Source of the DNA: Eledone cirrhosa
Lineage: Eukaryota
Reading direction: 5' to 3'
Assembly (NCBI GenBank): GCA_964016885.1
Contig: OZ024741.1
Location: forward strand, 48,980,001-49,044,000
Length of the DNA stretch: 64,000 bases
Shown here: positions 44,101-59,800 of the stretch, piece after piece
Layout of the letters: each line of letters starts with the position of its first letter
Numbering within the stretch: the first letter of the stretch is position 1
Position numbers and translations under genes: made by a program
Notes under the pieces: model-generated
What the model was told of the DNA's origin: nothing
The model's input: only the letters and a program-made list of their open reading frames with translations
The model's database searches: none

Positions 44101-47100
44101 TACTATACCAGTAGTAACTAGTCTAAACTAGATCTATTACTGTGATAATGTCGAGTTAATATACCAGTAGAAACTAGTCTATACTGGATCTATTACTGTG
44201 TTAATGTGGCGTTACTATACTAGTAGTAACTAGTCTATACTAGATCTATTACTGTGATAATGGGGAGTTACTGTACAAGTAGTAACTAGTCTATACTAGA
44301 TCTATTACTGTGATAATATGGTATTACACTACCAGTAGTAACTAGTCTATACTAGATCTATTACTGTGATAATGGGGAGTTACTATACCAGTAGTAACTA
44401 GTCTATAATAGATCTATTACTGTGATAATGTGGAGTTACTGTACCAGTAGTAACTAGTCTATACTAGATCTATTACTGCGATAATGTGGAGTTACTATAC
44501 CAGTAGTAACTAGACTATACTAGATCTATTACTGTGATAATGTGGAGTTACTATACCATTAGAAACTAGTTTATACTAGATCTATTACTGTTATAATGTG
44601 GAGTTACTGTACCAGTAGTAACTAGTCTATACTAGATCTATTACTGTGATAATGTGGAGTTACTGTACCAGTAGTAACTAGTCTATACTAGATCTATTAC
44701 TGTGATAATGTGGAGTTACTATACCATTAGAAACTAGTTTATACTAGATCTATTACTGCGATAATGTGGAGTTACTGTACCACTAGTAACTAATCTATAC
44801 TAGATCTATTACTGTGATAATGTGGAGTTACTGTACCAGTAGTAACCAGTCTATACTAGATCTATTACTGTGATAATGTGGAGTTACTATACCATTAGAA
44901 ACTAGTTTATACTAGATCTATTACTGTGATAATGTGGAGTTACACTACCAGTAGTTACTAGTGTATACTAGATCTATTACTGTGATAATGGGGAGTTACT
45001 ATACCAGTAGAAACTAGTCTATACTAGATCTATTACTGTGATAATGTGGAGTTACTATACCAGTAGAAACTAGTTTATACTAGATCTATTACTGTGATAA
45101 TGGGGAGTTACTATACCAGTAGTAACTAGTCTATAATAGATCTATTACTGTGATAATGGGGTGTTACTATACCAGTAGTAACTAGTCTATACTAGATCTA
45201 TTACTGTGATAATGGGGAGTTACTATACCAGTAGTAACTAGTTTATACTAGATCTATTACTGTGATAATGTGGAATTACTATACCAGTAGAAACTAGTCT
45301 ATACTAGATCTATTACTGTGATAATGGGGAGTTACTATACCAGTAGTAACTAGTCTAAACTAGATCTATTACTGTGATAATGTGGAGTTACTGTACCAGT
45401 AGTAACTAGTCTATACTAGATCTATTACTGTGATAATGTGGAGTTACTATACCAGTAGAAACTAGTCTATACTAGATCTATTACTGTGATAATGGTGAGT
45501 TACTATACCAGTAGAAACTAGTCTATACTAGATCTATTACTGTGATAATGTGGAGTTACTATACCAGTAGAAACTAGTTTATACTAGATCTATTACTGTG
45601 ATAATGTGGAGTTACTATACCAGTAGAAACTAGTTTATACTACATCTATTACTGTGATAATGTGGAGTTACACTACCAGTAGTATCTAGTCTATAATAGA
45701 TCTATTACTGTGATAATGGGGAGTTACTATACCAGTAGTAACAAGTCTATACTAGATCTATTACTGTGATAATGGGGAGTTACTATACCAGTAGTAACTA
45801 GTGTATAATAGATCTATTACTGTGATAATGGGTGTTACTATACCAGTAGTGACTAGTCTATACTAGATCTATTACTGTGATAACGTGGAGTTACTATACC
45901 AGTAGTAACTAGTTTATACTAGATCTATTACTGTGATAATGGGGAGTTACTATACCAGTAGTAACTAGTCTAAACTAGATCTATTACTGTGATAATGTGG
46001 AATTACTGTACCAGTAGTAACTAGTCTATAATAGATCTATTACTGTGATAATGTGGAGTTACTATACCAGTAGAAACTAGACTATACTAGATCTATTACT
46101 GTGATAATGGGGAGTTACTATACCAGTAGAAACTAGTCTATACTAGATCTATTGCTGTGATAATGTGGAGTTACTACACCAGTAGAAACTAGTTTATACT
46201 AGATCTATTACTGTGATAATGTTGAGTTACTATACCAGTAGAAACTAGTCTATACTAGATCTATTACTGTGATAATGTGGAGTTACTATACCAGTAGAAA
46301 CTAGTTTATACTAGATCTATTACTGTGATAATGTGGAGTTACTATACCAGTAGTAACTAGTCTAAACTAGATCTATTACTGTGATAATGTCAAGTTAATA
46401 TACCAGTAGAAACTAGTCTATACTGGATCTATTACTGTGTTAATGTGGCGTTACTATACTAGTAGTAACTAGTCTATACTAGATCTATTACTGTGATAAT
46501 GTGGAGTTATTATACCAGTAGTAACTAGTCTATACTAGATCTATTACTGTGATAATGTGGAGTTACTGTACCAGTAGTAACTAGTCTATACTAGATCTAC
46601 AACTGGGATAATGTGGAGTTACTATACCAGTAGTAACTAGTCTATACTAGATCTATTACTGTGATAATGTCGTGTTACTATACCAGTAGTAACTAGTCTA
46701 TACTAGATCTATTACTGTGATAATGTGGAGCTACTGTACCAGTAGTAACTAGTCTATACTAGATCTATTTCTGTGATAATGAAGAGTTACTATACCAGTA
46801 GTAACTAGTCTTAACTAGATCTATTACTGTGATAATGTGGAGTTACAATACCAGTAGTAACTAGTCTATGCTAGATCTATTACTGTGATAATGAAGAGTT
46901 ACTATACCAGTAGTAACTAGTCTATACTAGATCTATTACTGTGATAATGTGGAGCTACTGTACCAGTAGTAACTAGTCTATACTAGATCTATTACTGTGA
47001 TAATGTGGAGTTACTATACCAGTAGAAACTAGTCTATACTAGATCTACTTCTGTGATACTGTGGAGTTACTGTACCAGTAGTAACTAGTCTATACTAGAT

Positions 47101-49890
47101 TTACAACTGGGATAATGTGGAGTTACTATACCAGTAGTAACTAGTCTATTCTAGATCTATTACTGTGATAATGGGGAGTTACTATACCAGTAGTAACTAG
47201 TCTATACTAGATCTACATGTGTGATAATGTGGAGTTACTATACCAGTAGTAACTAGTCTAAACTAGATCTATTACTGTGATAATGTGGGGTTACTATACC
47301 AGTAGAAACTAGTCTATACTAGATCTACTTCTGTGATAATGTGGAGTTACTATACCAGTAGTAACTCGTCTATACTAGATCTATTATTGTGAGAATGGGG
47401 AGTTACTATACCAGTAGTAACTAGTCTATAATAGATCTATTACTGTGATAATGTGGAGTTACTGTACCAGTAGTAACTAGTCTATACTAGATCTATTACT
47501 GTGATAATGGGGAGTTACTGTACCAGTAGTAACTAGTCTATACTAGATCTATTACTGTGATAATATGGAGTTACACTACCAGTAGTAACTCGTCTATACT
47601 AGATCTATTATTGTGAGAATGGGGAGTTACTATACCAGTAGTAACTAGTCTATAATAGATCTATTACTGTGATAATGTGGAGTTACTGTACCAGTAGTAA
47701 CTAGTCTATACTAGATCTATTACTGCGATAATGTGGAGTTACTATACCAGTAGTAACTAGTCTATACTAGATCTATTACTGTGATAATGTGAAGTTACTA
47801 TACCATTAGAAACTAGTTTATACTAGATCTATTACTATGATAATGTGGAGTTACTGTACCAGTAGTAACTATTCTATACTAGATCTATTACTGTGATAAT
47901 GTGGAGTTACTATACCATTAGAAACTAGTTTATACTAGATGTATTACTGCGATAATGTGGAGTTACTGTACCAGTAGTAACTAGTCTATACTAGATCTAT
48001 TACTGTGATAATGTGGAGTTACTGTACCAGTAGTAACTAGTCTATACTAGATCTATTTCTGTGATAATGTGGAGTTATTATACCATTAGAAACTAGTTTA
48101 TAGTAGATCTATTACTGTGATAATGTGGAGTTACACTACCAGTAGTAACTAGTCTATACTAGATCTATTACTGTGATAATGGGGAGTTACTATACCAGTA
48201 GTAACTAGTCTATACTAGATCTATTACTGTGATAATGGGGAGTTACTATACCAGTAGTAACTAGTCTATACTAGATCTATTACTGTGATAATGGGGAGTT
48301 ACTATACCAGTAGTAACTAGTCTATACTAGATCTATTTACTGTGATAATGGGGAGTTACTATACCAGTAGTAACTAGTTTATACTAGATCTATTACTGTG
48401 ATAATGTGGAGTTACTATACCAGTAGAAACTAGTCTATACTAGATCTATTACTGTGATAATGGGGATTTACTATACAAGTAGTAACTAGTCTAACTAGAT
48501 CTATTACTGTGATAATGTGGAGTTACTGTACCAGTAGTAACTAGTCTATACAAGATCTATTACTGTGATAATGTGGAGTTACTATACCAGTAGAAACTAG
48601 TCTATACTAGATCTATTACTGTGATAATGGTGAGTTACTATACCAGTAGAAACTAGTCTATACTAGATCTATTACTGTGATAATGTGGAGTTACTATACC
48701 AGTAGAAACTAGTTTATACTAGATCTATTACTGTGATAATGTGGAGTTACTATACCAGTAGAAACTAGTTTATACTACATCTATTACTGTGATAATGTGG
48801 AGTTACACTACCAGTAGTATCTAGTCTATAATAGATCTATTACTGTGATAATGGGGAGTTACTATACCAGTAGTTACAAGTCTATACTAGATCTATTACT
48901 GTGATAATGGGGAGTTACTATACCAGTAGTAACTAGTCTATAATAGATCTATTACTGTGATAATGGGGTGTTACTATACCAGTATTAACTAGTCTAAACT
49001 AGATCTATTACTGTGATAATGTTAAGTTAATATACCAGTAGAAACTAGTCTATACTGGATCTATTACTGTGTTAATGTGGCATTACTATACTAGTAGTAA
49101 CTAATCTATACTAGATCTATTACTGTGATAATGTGGAGTTACTATACCAGTAGTAACTAGTCTATACTAGATCTATTACTGTGATAATGTGGAGTTACTG
49201 TACCAGTAGTAACTAGTCTATACTAGATCTATTACTGTGATAATGTGGAGTTACTATACCATTAGAAACTAGTTTATACTAGATATATTACTGCGATAAT
49301 GTGGAGTTACTGTACCAGTAGTAACTAGTCTATACTAGATCTATTACTGTGATAATGTGGAGTTACTGTACCAGTAGTAACTAGTCTATACTAGATCTAT
49401 TTCTGTGATAATGTGGAGTTACTATAACATTAGAAACTAGTTTATAGTAGATCTATTACTGTGATAATGTGGAGTTACACTACCAGTAGTAACTAGTCTA
49501 TACTAGATCTATTACTGTGATAATGGGGAGTTACTATACCAGTAGAAACTAGTCTATACTAGATCTATTACTGTGATAATGTGGAGTTACTATACCAGTA
49601 GAAACTAGTTTATACTAGATCTATTACTGTGATAATGTGGTGTTACTATACCAGTAGTAACTAGTCTATACTAGATCTATTACTGTGATAATGGGGAGTT
49701 ACTATACCAGTAGTAACTAGTCTATACTAGATCTATTACTGTGATAATGGGGATTTACTATACCAGTAGTAACTAGTCTATACTACTTCTATTACTGTGA
49801 TAATGGGGAGTTACTATACCAGTAGTAACTAGTCTATACTAGATCTATTTACTGTGATAATGGGGAGTTACTATACCAGTAGTAACTAGT
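38700..49890. repeat. Duplication of about 95-107 monomers with internal whole-monomer gaps
   Basis: ctgtacaag 38950/44271 and G-deletion 40509/45830 are +5321. tacatgtg 41501/47214 is +5713. ctacttctat 43791/49783 is +5992. Confidence 0.85.
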
Positions 49891-51799
49891 TTATACTAGA
49901 TCTATTACTGTGATAATGTGGAGTTACTATACCAGTAGAAACTAGTCTATACTAGATCTATTACTGTGATAATGGGGATTTACTATACCAGTAGTAACTA
50001 GTCTAATCTAGATCTATTACTGTTATAATGTGGAGTTACTGTACCAGTAGTAACTAGTCTATACTAGATCTATTACTGTGATAATGTGGAGTTACTATAC
50101 CAGTAGAAACTAGTCTATACTAGATCTATTACTGTGATAATGTGGAGTTACTATACCAGTAATAACTAGTCTAAACTAGATCTATTACTGTGATAATGTC
50201 AAGTTAATATACCAGTAGAAACTAGTCTATACTGGATCTATTACTGTGTTAATGTGGCATTACTATACTAGTAGTAACTAGTCTATACTAGATCTACAAC
50301 TGGGATAATGTGGAGTTACTATACCAGTAGTAACTAGTCTATACTAGATCTATTACTGTGATAATGGGGTGTTACTATACCAGTAGTAACTAGTCTATAC
50401 TAGATCTATTTCTGTGATAATGAAGAGTTACTATACCAGTAGTAACTTGTCTTAACTAGATCTATTACTGTGATAATGTGGAGTTACTATACCAGTAGTA
50501 ACTAGTCTATACTAGATCTATTACTGTGATAATGAAGAGTTACTATACCAGTAGTAACTAGTCGATACTAGATCTATTACTGTGATAATGTGGAGCTACT
50601 GTACCAGTAGTAACTAGTCTATACTAGATCTATTACTGTGATAATGTGGAGTTACTATACCAGTAGAAACTAGTCAATACTAGATCTATTACTGTGATAA
50701 TGGGGAGTTACTATACCAGTAGAAACTAGTCTATACTAGATCTATTGCTGTGATAATGTGGAGTTACTATACCAGTAGAAACTAGTTTATACTAGATCTA
50801 TTACTGTGATAATGTGGAGTTACTATACCAGTAGAAACTAGTCTATACTAGATCTATTACTGTGATAATGTGGAGTTACTATACCAGTAGAAACTAGTTT
50901 ATACTAGATCTATTACTGTGATAATGTGGAGTTACTATACCAGTAGTAACTAGGCTAAACTAGATCTATTACTGTGATAATGTCAAGTTAATATACCAGT
51001 AGAAACTAGTCTATACTGGATCTATTACTGTGTTAATGTGGCGTTACTATACTAGTAGTAACTAGTCTATACTAGATCTATTACTGTGATAATGTGGAGT
51101 TACTATACCAGTAGTAACTAGTCTATACTAGATCTATTACTGTGATAATGTGGAGTTACTGTACCAGTAGTAACTAGTCTATACTAGATCTACTTCTGTG
51201 ATAATGTGGAGTTACTATACCAGTAGTAATTAGTCTAAACTAGATCTATTACTGTGATAATGTGGGGTTACTATACCAGTAGTAACTAGTCTATACTAGA
51301 TCTATTACTGTGATAATGAAGAGTTACTATACCAGTAGTAACTAGTCGATACTAGATCTATTACTGTGATAATGTGGAGCTACTGTACCAGTAGTAATTA
51401 GTCTAAACTAGATCTATTACTGTGATAATGTGGGGTTACTATACCAGTAGAAACTAGTCTATACTAGATCTACTTCTGTGATACTGTGGAGTTACTGTAC
51501 CAGTAGTAACTAGTCTATACTAGATTTACAACTGGGATAATGTGGAGTTACTATACCAGTAGTAACTAGTCTATTCTAGATCTATTACTGTGATAATGGG
51601 GAGTTACTATACCAGTAGAAACTAGTCTATAATAAATCTATTACTGTTATAACGTGGAGTTACACTACCAGTAGTAACTAGTCTAAACTAGATCTATTAC
51701 TGTGATAATGTGGAATTACTATACCAGTAGTAACTAGTCTATACTAGATATATTACTGTGATAATATGGAGTTACACTACCAGTAGTAACTAGTCTATA

Positions 51800-53260
51800 C
51801 TAGATCTATTTCTGTGATAATGAGGAGTTACTATACCAGTAGTAACTAGTCTATACTAGATCTATTACTGTGAAAATGAGGAGTTACTATACCAGTAGTA
51901 ACTAGTCTATACTAGATCTATTACAGTGATAATGAAGAGTTACAATACCAGTAGTAACTAGTCTATACTAGATCTATTACTGTGCGAATGGGGAGTTACT
52001 ATACCAGTAGTAACTAGTCTATACTAGATCTATTACTGTGATAATGAGGAGTTACTATACCAGTAGTAACTAGTCTATACTAGATCTACATCTGTGATAA
52101 TGTGGAGTTACTATACCAGTAGTAACTAGTCTAAACTAGATCTATTACTGTGATAATGTGGGGTTACTATACCAGTAGAAACTAGTCTATACTAGATCTA
52201 CTTCTGTGATAATGTGGAGTTACTATACCAGTAGTAACTAGTCTATACTAGATCTATTATTGTGAGAATGGGGAGTTACTATACCAGTAGTAACTAGTCT
52301 ATAATAGATCTATTACTGTGATAATGTGGAGTTACTGTACCAGTAGTAACTAGTCTATACTAGATCTATTACTGTGATAATGGGGAGTTACTGTACCAGT
52401 AGTAACTAGTCTATACTAGATCTATTACTGTGATAATATGGAGTTACACTACCAGTAGTAACTAGTCTATACTAGATCTATTACTGTGATAATGGGGAGT
52501 TACTATACCAGTAGTAACTAGTCTATAATAGATCTATTTCTGTGATAATGAGGAGTTACTATACCAGTAGTAACTAGTCTATACTAGATCTATTACTGTG
52601 AAAATGAGGAGTTACTATACCAGTAGTAACTAGTCTATACTAGATCTATTACAGTGATAATGAAGAGTTACAATACCAGTAGTAACTAGTCTATACTAGA
52701 TCTATTACTGTGCGAATGGGGAGTTACTATACCAGTAGTAACTAGTCTATACTAGATCTATTACTGTGATAATGAGGAGTTACTATACCAGTAGTAACTA
52801 GTCTATACTAGATCTACATCTGTGATAATGTGGAGTTACTATACCAGTAGTAACTAGTCTAAACTAGATCTATTACTGTGATAATGTGGGGTTACTATAC
52901 CAGTAGAAACTAGTCTATACTAGATCTACTTCTGTGATAATGTGGAGTTACTATACCAGTAGTAACTAGTCTATACTAGATCTATTATTGTGAGAATGGG
53001 GAGTTACTATACCAGTAGTAACTAGTCTATAATAGATCTATTACTGTGATAATGTGGAGTTACTGTACCAGTAGTAACTAGTCTATACTAGATCTATTAC
53101 TGTGATAATGGGGAGTTACTGTACCAGTAGTAACTAGTCTATACTAGATCTATTACTGTGATAATATGGAGTTACACTACCAGTAGTAACTAGTCTATAC
53201 TAGATCTATTACTGTGATAATGGGGAGTTACTATACCAGTAGTAACTAGTCTATAATAGA
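51800..53260. repeat. 13-monomer (728 bp) tandem duplication of divergent monomers
   Basis: tgcgaatggg at 51983/52711 (+728). The gaaaatgagg, tacatctgtg and tattgtgagaat variants recur in the same order. Confidence 0.85.
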
Positions 53261-53899
53261 TCTATTACTGTGATAATGTGGAGTTACTGTACAAGTAGTA
53301 ACTAGTCTATACTAGATCTATTACTGCGATAATGTGGAGTTACTATACCAGTAGTAACTAGTCTATACTAGATCTATTACTGTGATAATGTGGAGTTACT
53401 ATACCATTAGAAACAAGTTTATACTAGATCTATTACTATGATAATGTGGAGTTACTGTACCAGTAATAACTAGTCTATACTAGATCTATTACTGTGATAA
53501 TGTGGAGTTACTGTACCAGTAGTAACTAGTCTATACTAGATCTATTACTGTGATAATGTGGAGTTACTATACCATTAGAAACTAGTTTATACTAGATATA
53601 TTACTGCGATAATGTGGAGTTACTGTACCAGTAGTAACTAGTCTATACTAGATCTATTACTGTGATAATGTGGAGTTACTGTACCAGTAGTAACTAGTCT
53701 GTACTAGATCTATTACTGTGATAATGTGGAGTTACTATACCATTAGAAAATAGTTTATACTAGATATATTACTGCGATAATGTGGAGTTACTGTACCAGT
53801 AGTAACTAGTCTATACTAGATCTATTACTGTGATAATGGGGAGTTACTATACCAGTAGTTACAAGTCTATACTAGATCTATTACTGTGATAATGGGGAG

Positions 53900-56800
53900 T
53901 TACTATACCAGTAGTAACTAGTCTATACTAGATCTATTACTGTGATAATGGGGATTTACTATACCAGTAGTAACTAGTCTATACTAGATCTATTACTGTG
54001 ATAATGGGGAGTTACTATACCAGTAGTAACTAGTCTATACTAGATCTATTTACTGTGATAATGGGGAGTTACTATACCAGTAGTAACTAGTTTATACTAG
54101 ATCTATTACTGTGATAATGTGGAGTTACTATACCAGTAGAAACTAGTCTATACTAGATCTATTACTGTGATAATAGGGATTTACTATACCAGTAGTAACT
54201 AGTCTAAACTAGATCTATTACTGTTATAATGTGGAGTTACTGTACCAGTAGTAACTAGTCTATACTAGATCTATTACTGTGATAACGTGGAGTTACTATA
54301 CCAGTAGAAACTAGTCTATACTAGATCTATTACTGTGATAATGGTGAGTTACTATACCAGTAGAAACTAGTCTATACTAGATCTATTACTGTGATAATGT
54401 GGAGTTACTATACCAGTAGAAACTAGTTTATACTAGATCTATTACTGTGATAATGTGGAGTTACTATACCAGTAGAAACTAGTTTATACTACATCAATTA
54501 CTGTGATAATGTGGAGTTACACTACCAGTGGTATCTAGTCTATAATAGATCTATTACTGTGATAACGTGGAGTTACTATACCAGTAGTAACTAGTTTATA
54601 CTAGATCTATTACTGTGATAATGTGGAGTTACTATACCAGTAGAAACTAGTCTATACTAGATCTATTACTGTGATAATGGGGAGTTACTATACCAGTAGT
54701 AACTAGTCTAAACTAGATCTATTACTGTGATAATGTCGAATTACTGTACCAGTAGTAACTAGTCTATACTAGATCTATTACTGTGATAATGTGGAGTTAC
54801 TATACCAGTAGAAACTAGTCTATACTAGATCTATTACGGTGATAATGGGGAGTTACTATACCAGTAGAAACTAGTCTATACTAGATCTATTGCTGTGATA
54901 ATGTGGAGTTACTATACCAGTAGAAACTAGTTTATACAAGATCTATTACTGTGATAATGTGGAGTTACTATACCAGTACAAACTAGTCTATACTAGATCT
55001 ATTACTGTGATAATGTGGAGTTACTATACCAGTAGAAACTAGTTTATACTAGATGTATTACTGTGATAATGTCAAGTTAATATACCAGTAGAAACTAGTC
55101 TATACTGGATCTATTACTGTGTTAATGTGGCATTACTATACTAGTAGTAACTAGTCTATACTAGATCTACAACTGGGATAATGTGGAGTTACTATACCAG
55201 TAGTAACTAGTCTATACTAGATCTATTACTGTGATAATGGGGTGTTACTATACCAGTAGTAACTAGTCTATACTAGATCTATTTCTGTGATAATGAAGAG
55301 TTACTATACCAGTAGTAACTAGTCTTAACTAGATCTATTACTGTGATAATGTGGAGTTACTATACCAGTAGTAACTAGTCTATACTAGATCTATTACTGT
55401 GATAATGAAGAGTTACTATACCAGTAGTAACTAGTCGATACTAGATCTATTACTGTGATAATGTGGAGCTACTGTACCAGTAGTAACTAGTCTATACTAG
55501 ATCTATTACTGTGATAATGTGGAGTTACTATACCAGTAGAAACTAGTCTATACTAGATCTACTTCTGTGATACTGTGGAGTTACTGTACCAGTAGTAACT
55601 AGTCTATACTAGATTTACAACTGGGATAATGTGGTGTTACTATACCAGTAGTAACTAGTCTATTCTAGATCTATTACTGTGATAATGGGGAGTTACTATA
55701 CCAGTAGAAACTAGTCTATAATAGATCTATTACTGTTATAACGTGGAGTTACACTACCAGTAGTAACTAGTCTAAACTAGATCTATTACTGTGATAATGT
55801 GGAGTTACTATACCAGTAGTAACTAGTCTATACTAGATATATAACTGTGACAATATGGAGTTACACTACCAGTAGTGACTAGTCTATACTAGATCTATTT
55901 CTGTGATAATGAGGAGTTACTATACCAGTAGTAACTAGTCTATACTAGATCTATTACTGTGAAAATGAGGAGATACTATACCAGTAGTAACTAGTCTATA
56001 CTAGATCTACTTCTGTGATAATGTGGAGTTACTATACCAGTAGTAACTAGTCTAAACTAGATCTATTACTGTGATAATGTGGGGTTACAATACCAGTAGA
56101 AACTAGTCTATACTAGATCTACTTCTGTGATAATGTGGAGTTACACTACCAGTAGTAACTAGTCTATACTAGATCTATTACTGTGATAATGGGGAGTTAC
56201 TATATCAGTAGTAACTAGTCTATAATAGATCTATTACTGTGATAATGTTGAGTTACTGTACCAGTAGTAACTAGTCTATACTAGATCTATTACTGCGATA
56301 ATGTGGAGTTACTATACCAGTAGTAACTAGTCTATACTAGATCTATTACTGTGATAATGTGGAGTTACTATACCATTAGAAACTAGTTTATACTAGATCT
56401 ATTACTGTGATAATGTGGAGTTACTGTACCAGTAGTAACTAGTCTATACTAGATCTATTACTGTGATAATGTGGAGTTACTGTACCAGTAGTAACTAGTC
56501 TATACTAGATCTATTACTGTGATAATGTGGTGTTACTATACCAGTAGAAACTAGTTTATACTAGATCTATTACTGCGATAATGTGGAGTTACTGTACCAG
56601 TAGTAACTAGTCTATACTAGATCTATTACTGTGATAATGTGGAGTTACTGTACCAGTAGTAACTAGTCTATACTAGATCTATTTCTGTGATAATGTGAAG
56701 TTACTATACCATTAGAAACTAGTTTATAGTAGATCTATTACTGTGATAATGTGGAGTTACACTACCAGTAGTAACTAGTCTATACTAGATCTATTACTGT

Positions 56801-59800
56801 GATAATGGGGAGTTACTATACCAGTAGAAACTAGTCTATACTAGATCTACAACTGGGATAATGTGGAGTTACTATACCAGTAGTAACTAGTCTATACTAG
56901 ATCTATTACTGTGATAATGGGGTGTTACTATACCAGTAGTAACTAGTCTATACTAGATCTATTTCTGTGATAATGAAGAGTTACTATACCAGTAGTAACT
57001 AGTCTTAACTAGATCTATTACTGTGATAATGTGGAGTTACTATACCAGTAGTAACTAGTCTATACTAGATCTATTACTGTGATAATGTCGAATTACTGTA
57101 CCAGTAGTAACTAGTCTATACTAGATCTATTACTGTGATAATGGGGTGTTACTATACCAGTAGTAACTAGTCTATACTAGATCTATTTCTGTGATAATGA
57201 AGAGTTACTATACCAGTAGTAACTAGTCTTAACTAGATCTATTACTGTGATAATGTGGAGTTACTATACCAGTAGAAACTAGTCTATACTAGATCTATTA
57301 CTGTGATAATGGGGAGTTACTATACCAGTAGTAACTAGTCTAAACTAGATCTATTACTGTGATAATGTCGAATTACTGTACCAGTAGTAACTAGTCTATA
57401 CTAGATCTATTACTGTGATAATGTGGAGTTACTATACCAGTAGAAACTAGTCTATACTAGATCTATTACGGTGATAATGGAGAGTTACTATACCAGTAGA
57501 AACTAGTCTATACTAGATCTATTGCTGTGATAATGTGGAGTTACTATACCAGTAGAAACTAGTTTATACAAGATCTATTACTGTGATAATGTGGAGTTAC
57601 TATACCAGTAGAAACTAGTCTATACTAGATCTATTACTGTGATAATGTGGAGTTACTATACCAGTAGAAACTAGTTTATACTAGATCTATTACTGTGATA
57701 ATGTGGAGTTACTATACCAGTAGTAACTAGTCTAAACTAGATCTATTACTGTGATAATGTCAAGTTCATATACCAGTAGAAACTAGTCTATACTGGATCT
57801 ATTACTGTGTTAATGTGGCATTACTATACTAGTAGTAACTAGTCTATACTAGATCTATTACTGTGATAATGTGGAGTTACTGTACCAGTAGTAACTAGTC
57901 TATACTAGATCTACAACTGGGATAATGTGGAGTTACTATACCAGTAGTAACTAGTCTATACTAGATCTATTACTGTGATAATGGGGTGTTACTATACCAG
58001 TAGTAACTAGTCTATACTAGATCTATTTCTGTGATAATGAAGAGTTACTATACCAGTAGTAACTAGTCTTAACTAGACCTATTACTGTGATAATGTGGAG
58101 TTACTATACCAGTAGTAACTAGTCTATACTAGATCTATTACTGTGATAATGAAGAGTTACTATACCAGTAGTAACTAGTCTATACTAGATATATAACTGT
58201 GACAATATGGAGTTACACTACCAGTAGTAACTAGTCTATACTAGATCTATTTCTGTGATAAAGAGGAGTTACTATACCAGTAGTAACTAGTCTATACTAG
58301 ATCTATTACTGTGATAATGGGGATTTACTATACCAGTAGTAACTAGTCTATACTAGATCTATTACTGTGATAATGGGGAGTTACTATACCAGTAGTAACT
58401 AGTCTATACTAGATCTATTTACTGTGATAATGGGGAGTTACTATACCAGTAGTAACTAGTTTATACTAGATCTATTACTGTGATAATGTGGAGTTACTAT
58501 ACCAGTAGAAACTAGTCTATACTAGATCTATTACTGTGATAATAGGGATTTACTATACCAGTAGTAACTAGTCTAAACTAGATCTATTACTGTTATAATG
58601 TGGAGTTACTGTACCAGTAGTAACTAGTCTATACTAGATCTATTACTGTGATAACGTGGAGTTACTATACCAGTAGAAACTAGTCTATACTAGATCTATT
58701 ACTGTGATAATGGTGAGTTACTATACCAGTAGAAACTAGTCTATACTAGATCTATTACTGTGATAATGTGGAGTTACTATACCAGTAGAAACTAGTTTAT
58801 ACTAGATCTATTACTGTGATAATGTGGAGTTACTATACCAGTAGAAACTAGTTTATACTACATCAATTACTGTGATAATGTGGAGTTACACTACCAGTAG
58901 TATCTAGTCTATAATAGATCTATTACTGTGATAACGTGGAGTTACTATACCAGTAGTAACTAGTTTATACTAGATCTATTACTGTGATAATGGGGAGTTA
59001 CTATACCAGTAGTAACTAGTTTATACTAGATCTATTACTGTGATAATGTGGAGTTACTATACCAGTAGAAACTAGTCTATACTAGATCTATTACTGTGAT
59101 AATAGGGATTTACTATACCAGTAGTAACTAGTCTAAACTAGATCTATTACTGTTATAATGTGGAGTTACTGTACCAGTAGTAACTAGTCTATACTAGATC
59201 TATTACTGTGATAACGTGGAGTTACTATACCAGTAGAAACTAGTCTATACTAGATCTATTACTGTGATAATGGGGAGTTGCTATACCAGTAGTAACTAGT
59301 CTAAACTAGATCTATTACTGTGATAATGTCGAATTACTGTACCAGTAGTAACTAGTCTATACTAGATCTATTACTGTGATAATGTGGAGTTACTATACCA
59401 GTAGAAACTAGTCTATACTAGATCTATTACGGTGATAATGGGGAGTTACTATACCAGTAGAAACTAGTCTATACTAGATCTATTGCTGTGATAATGTGGA
59501 GTTACTATACCAGTAGAAACTAGTTTATACAAGATCTATTACTGTGATAATGTGGAGTTACTATACCAGTAGAAACTAGTCTATACTAGATCTATTACTG
59601 TGATAATGTGGAGTTACTATACCAGTAGAAACTAGTTTATACTAGATGTATTACTGTGATAATGTCAAGTTAATATACCAGTAGAAACTAGTCTATACTG
59701 GATCTATTACTGTGTTAATGTGGCATTACTATACTAGTAGTAACTAGTCTATACTAGATCTACAACTGGGATAATGTGGAGTTACTATACCAGTAGTAAC

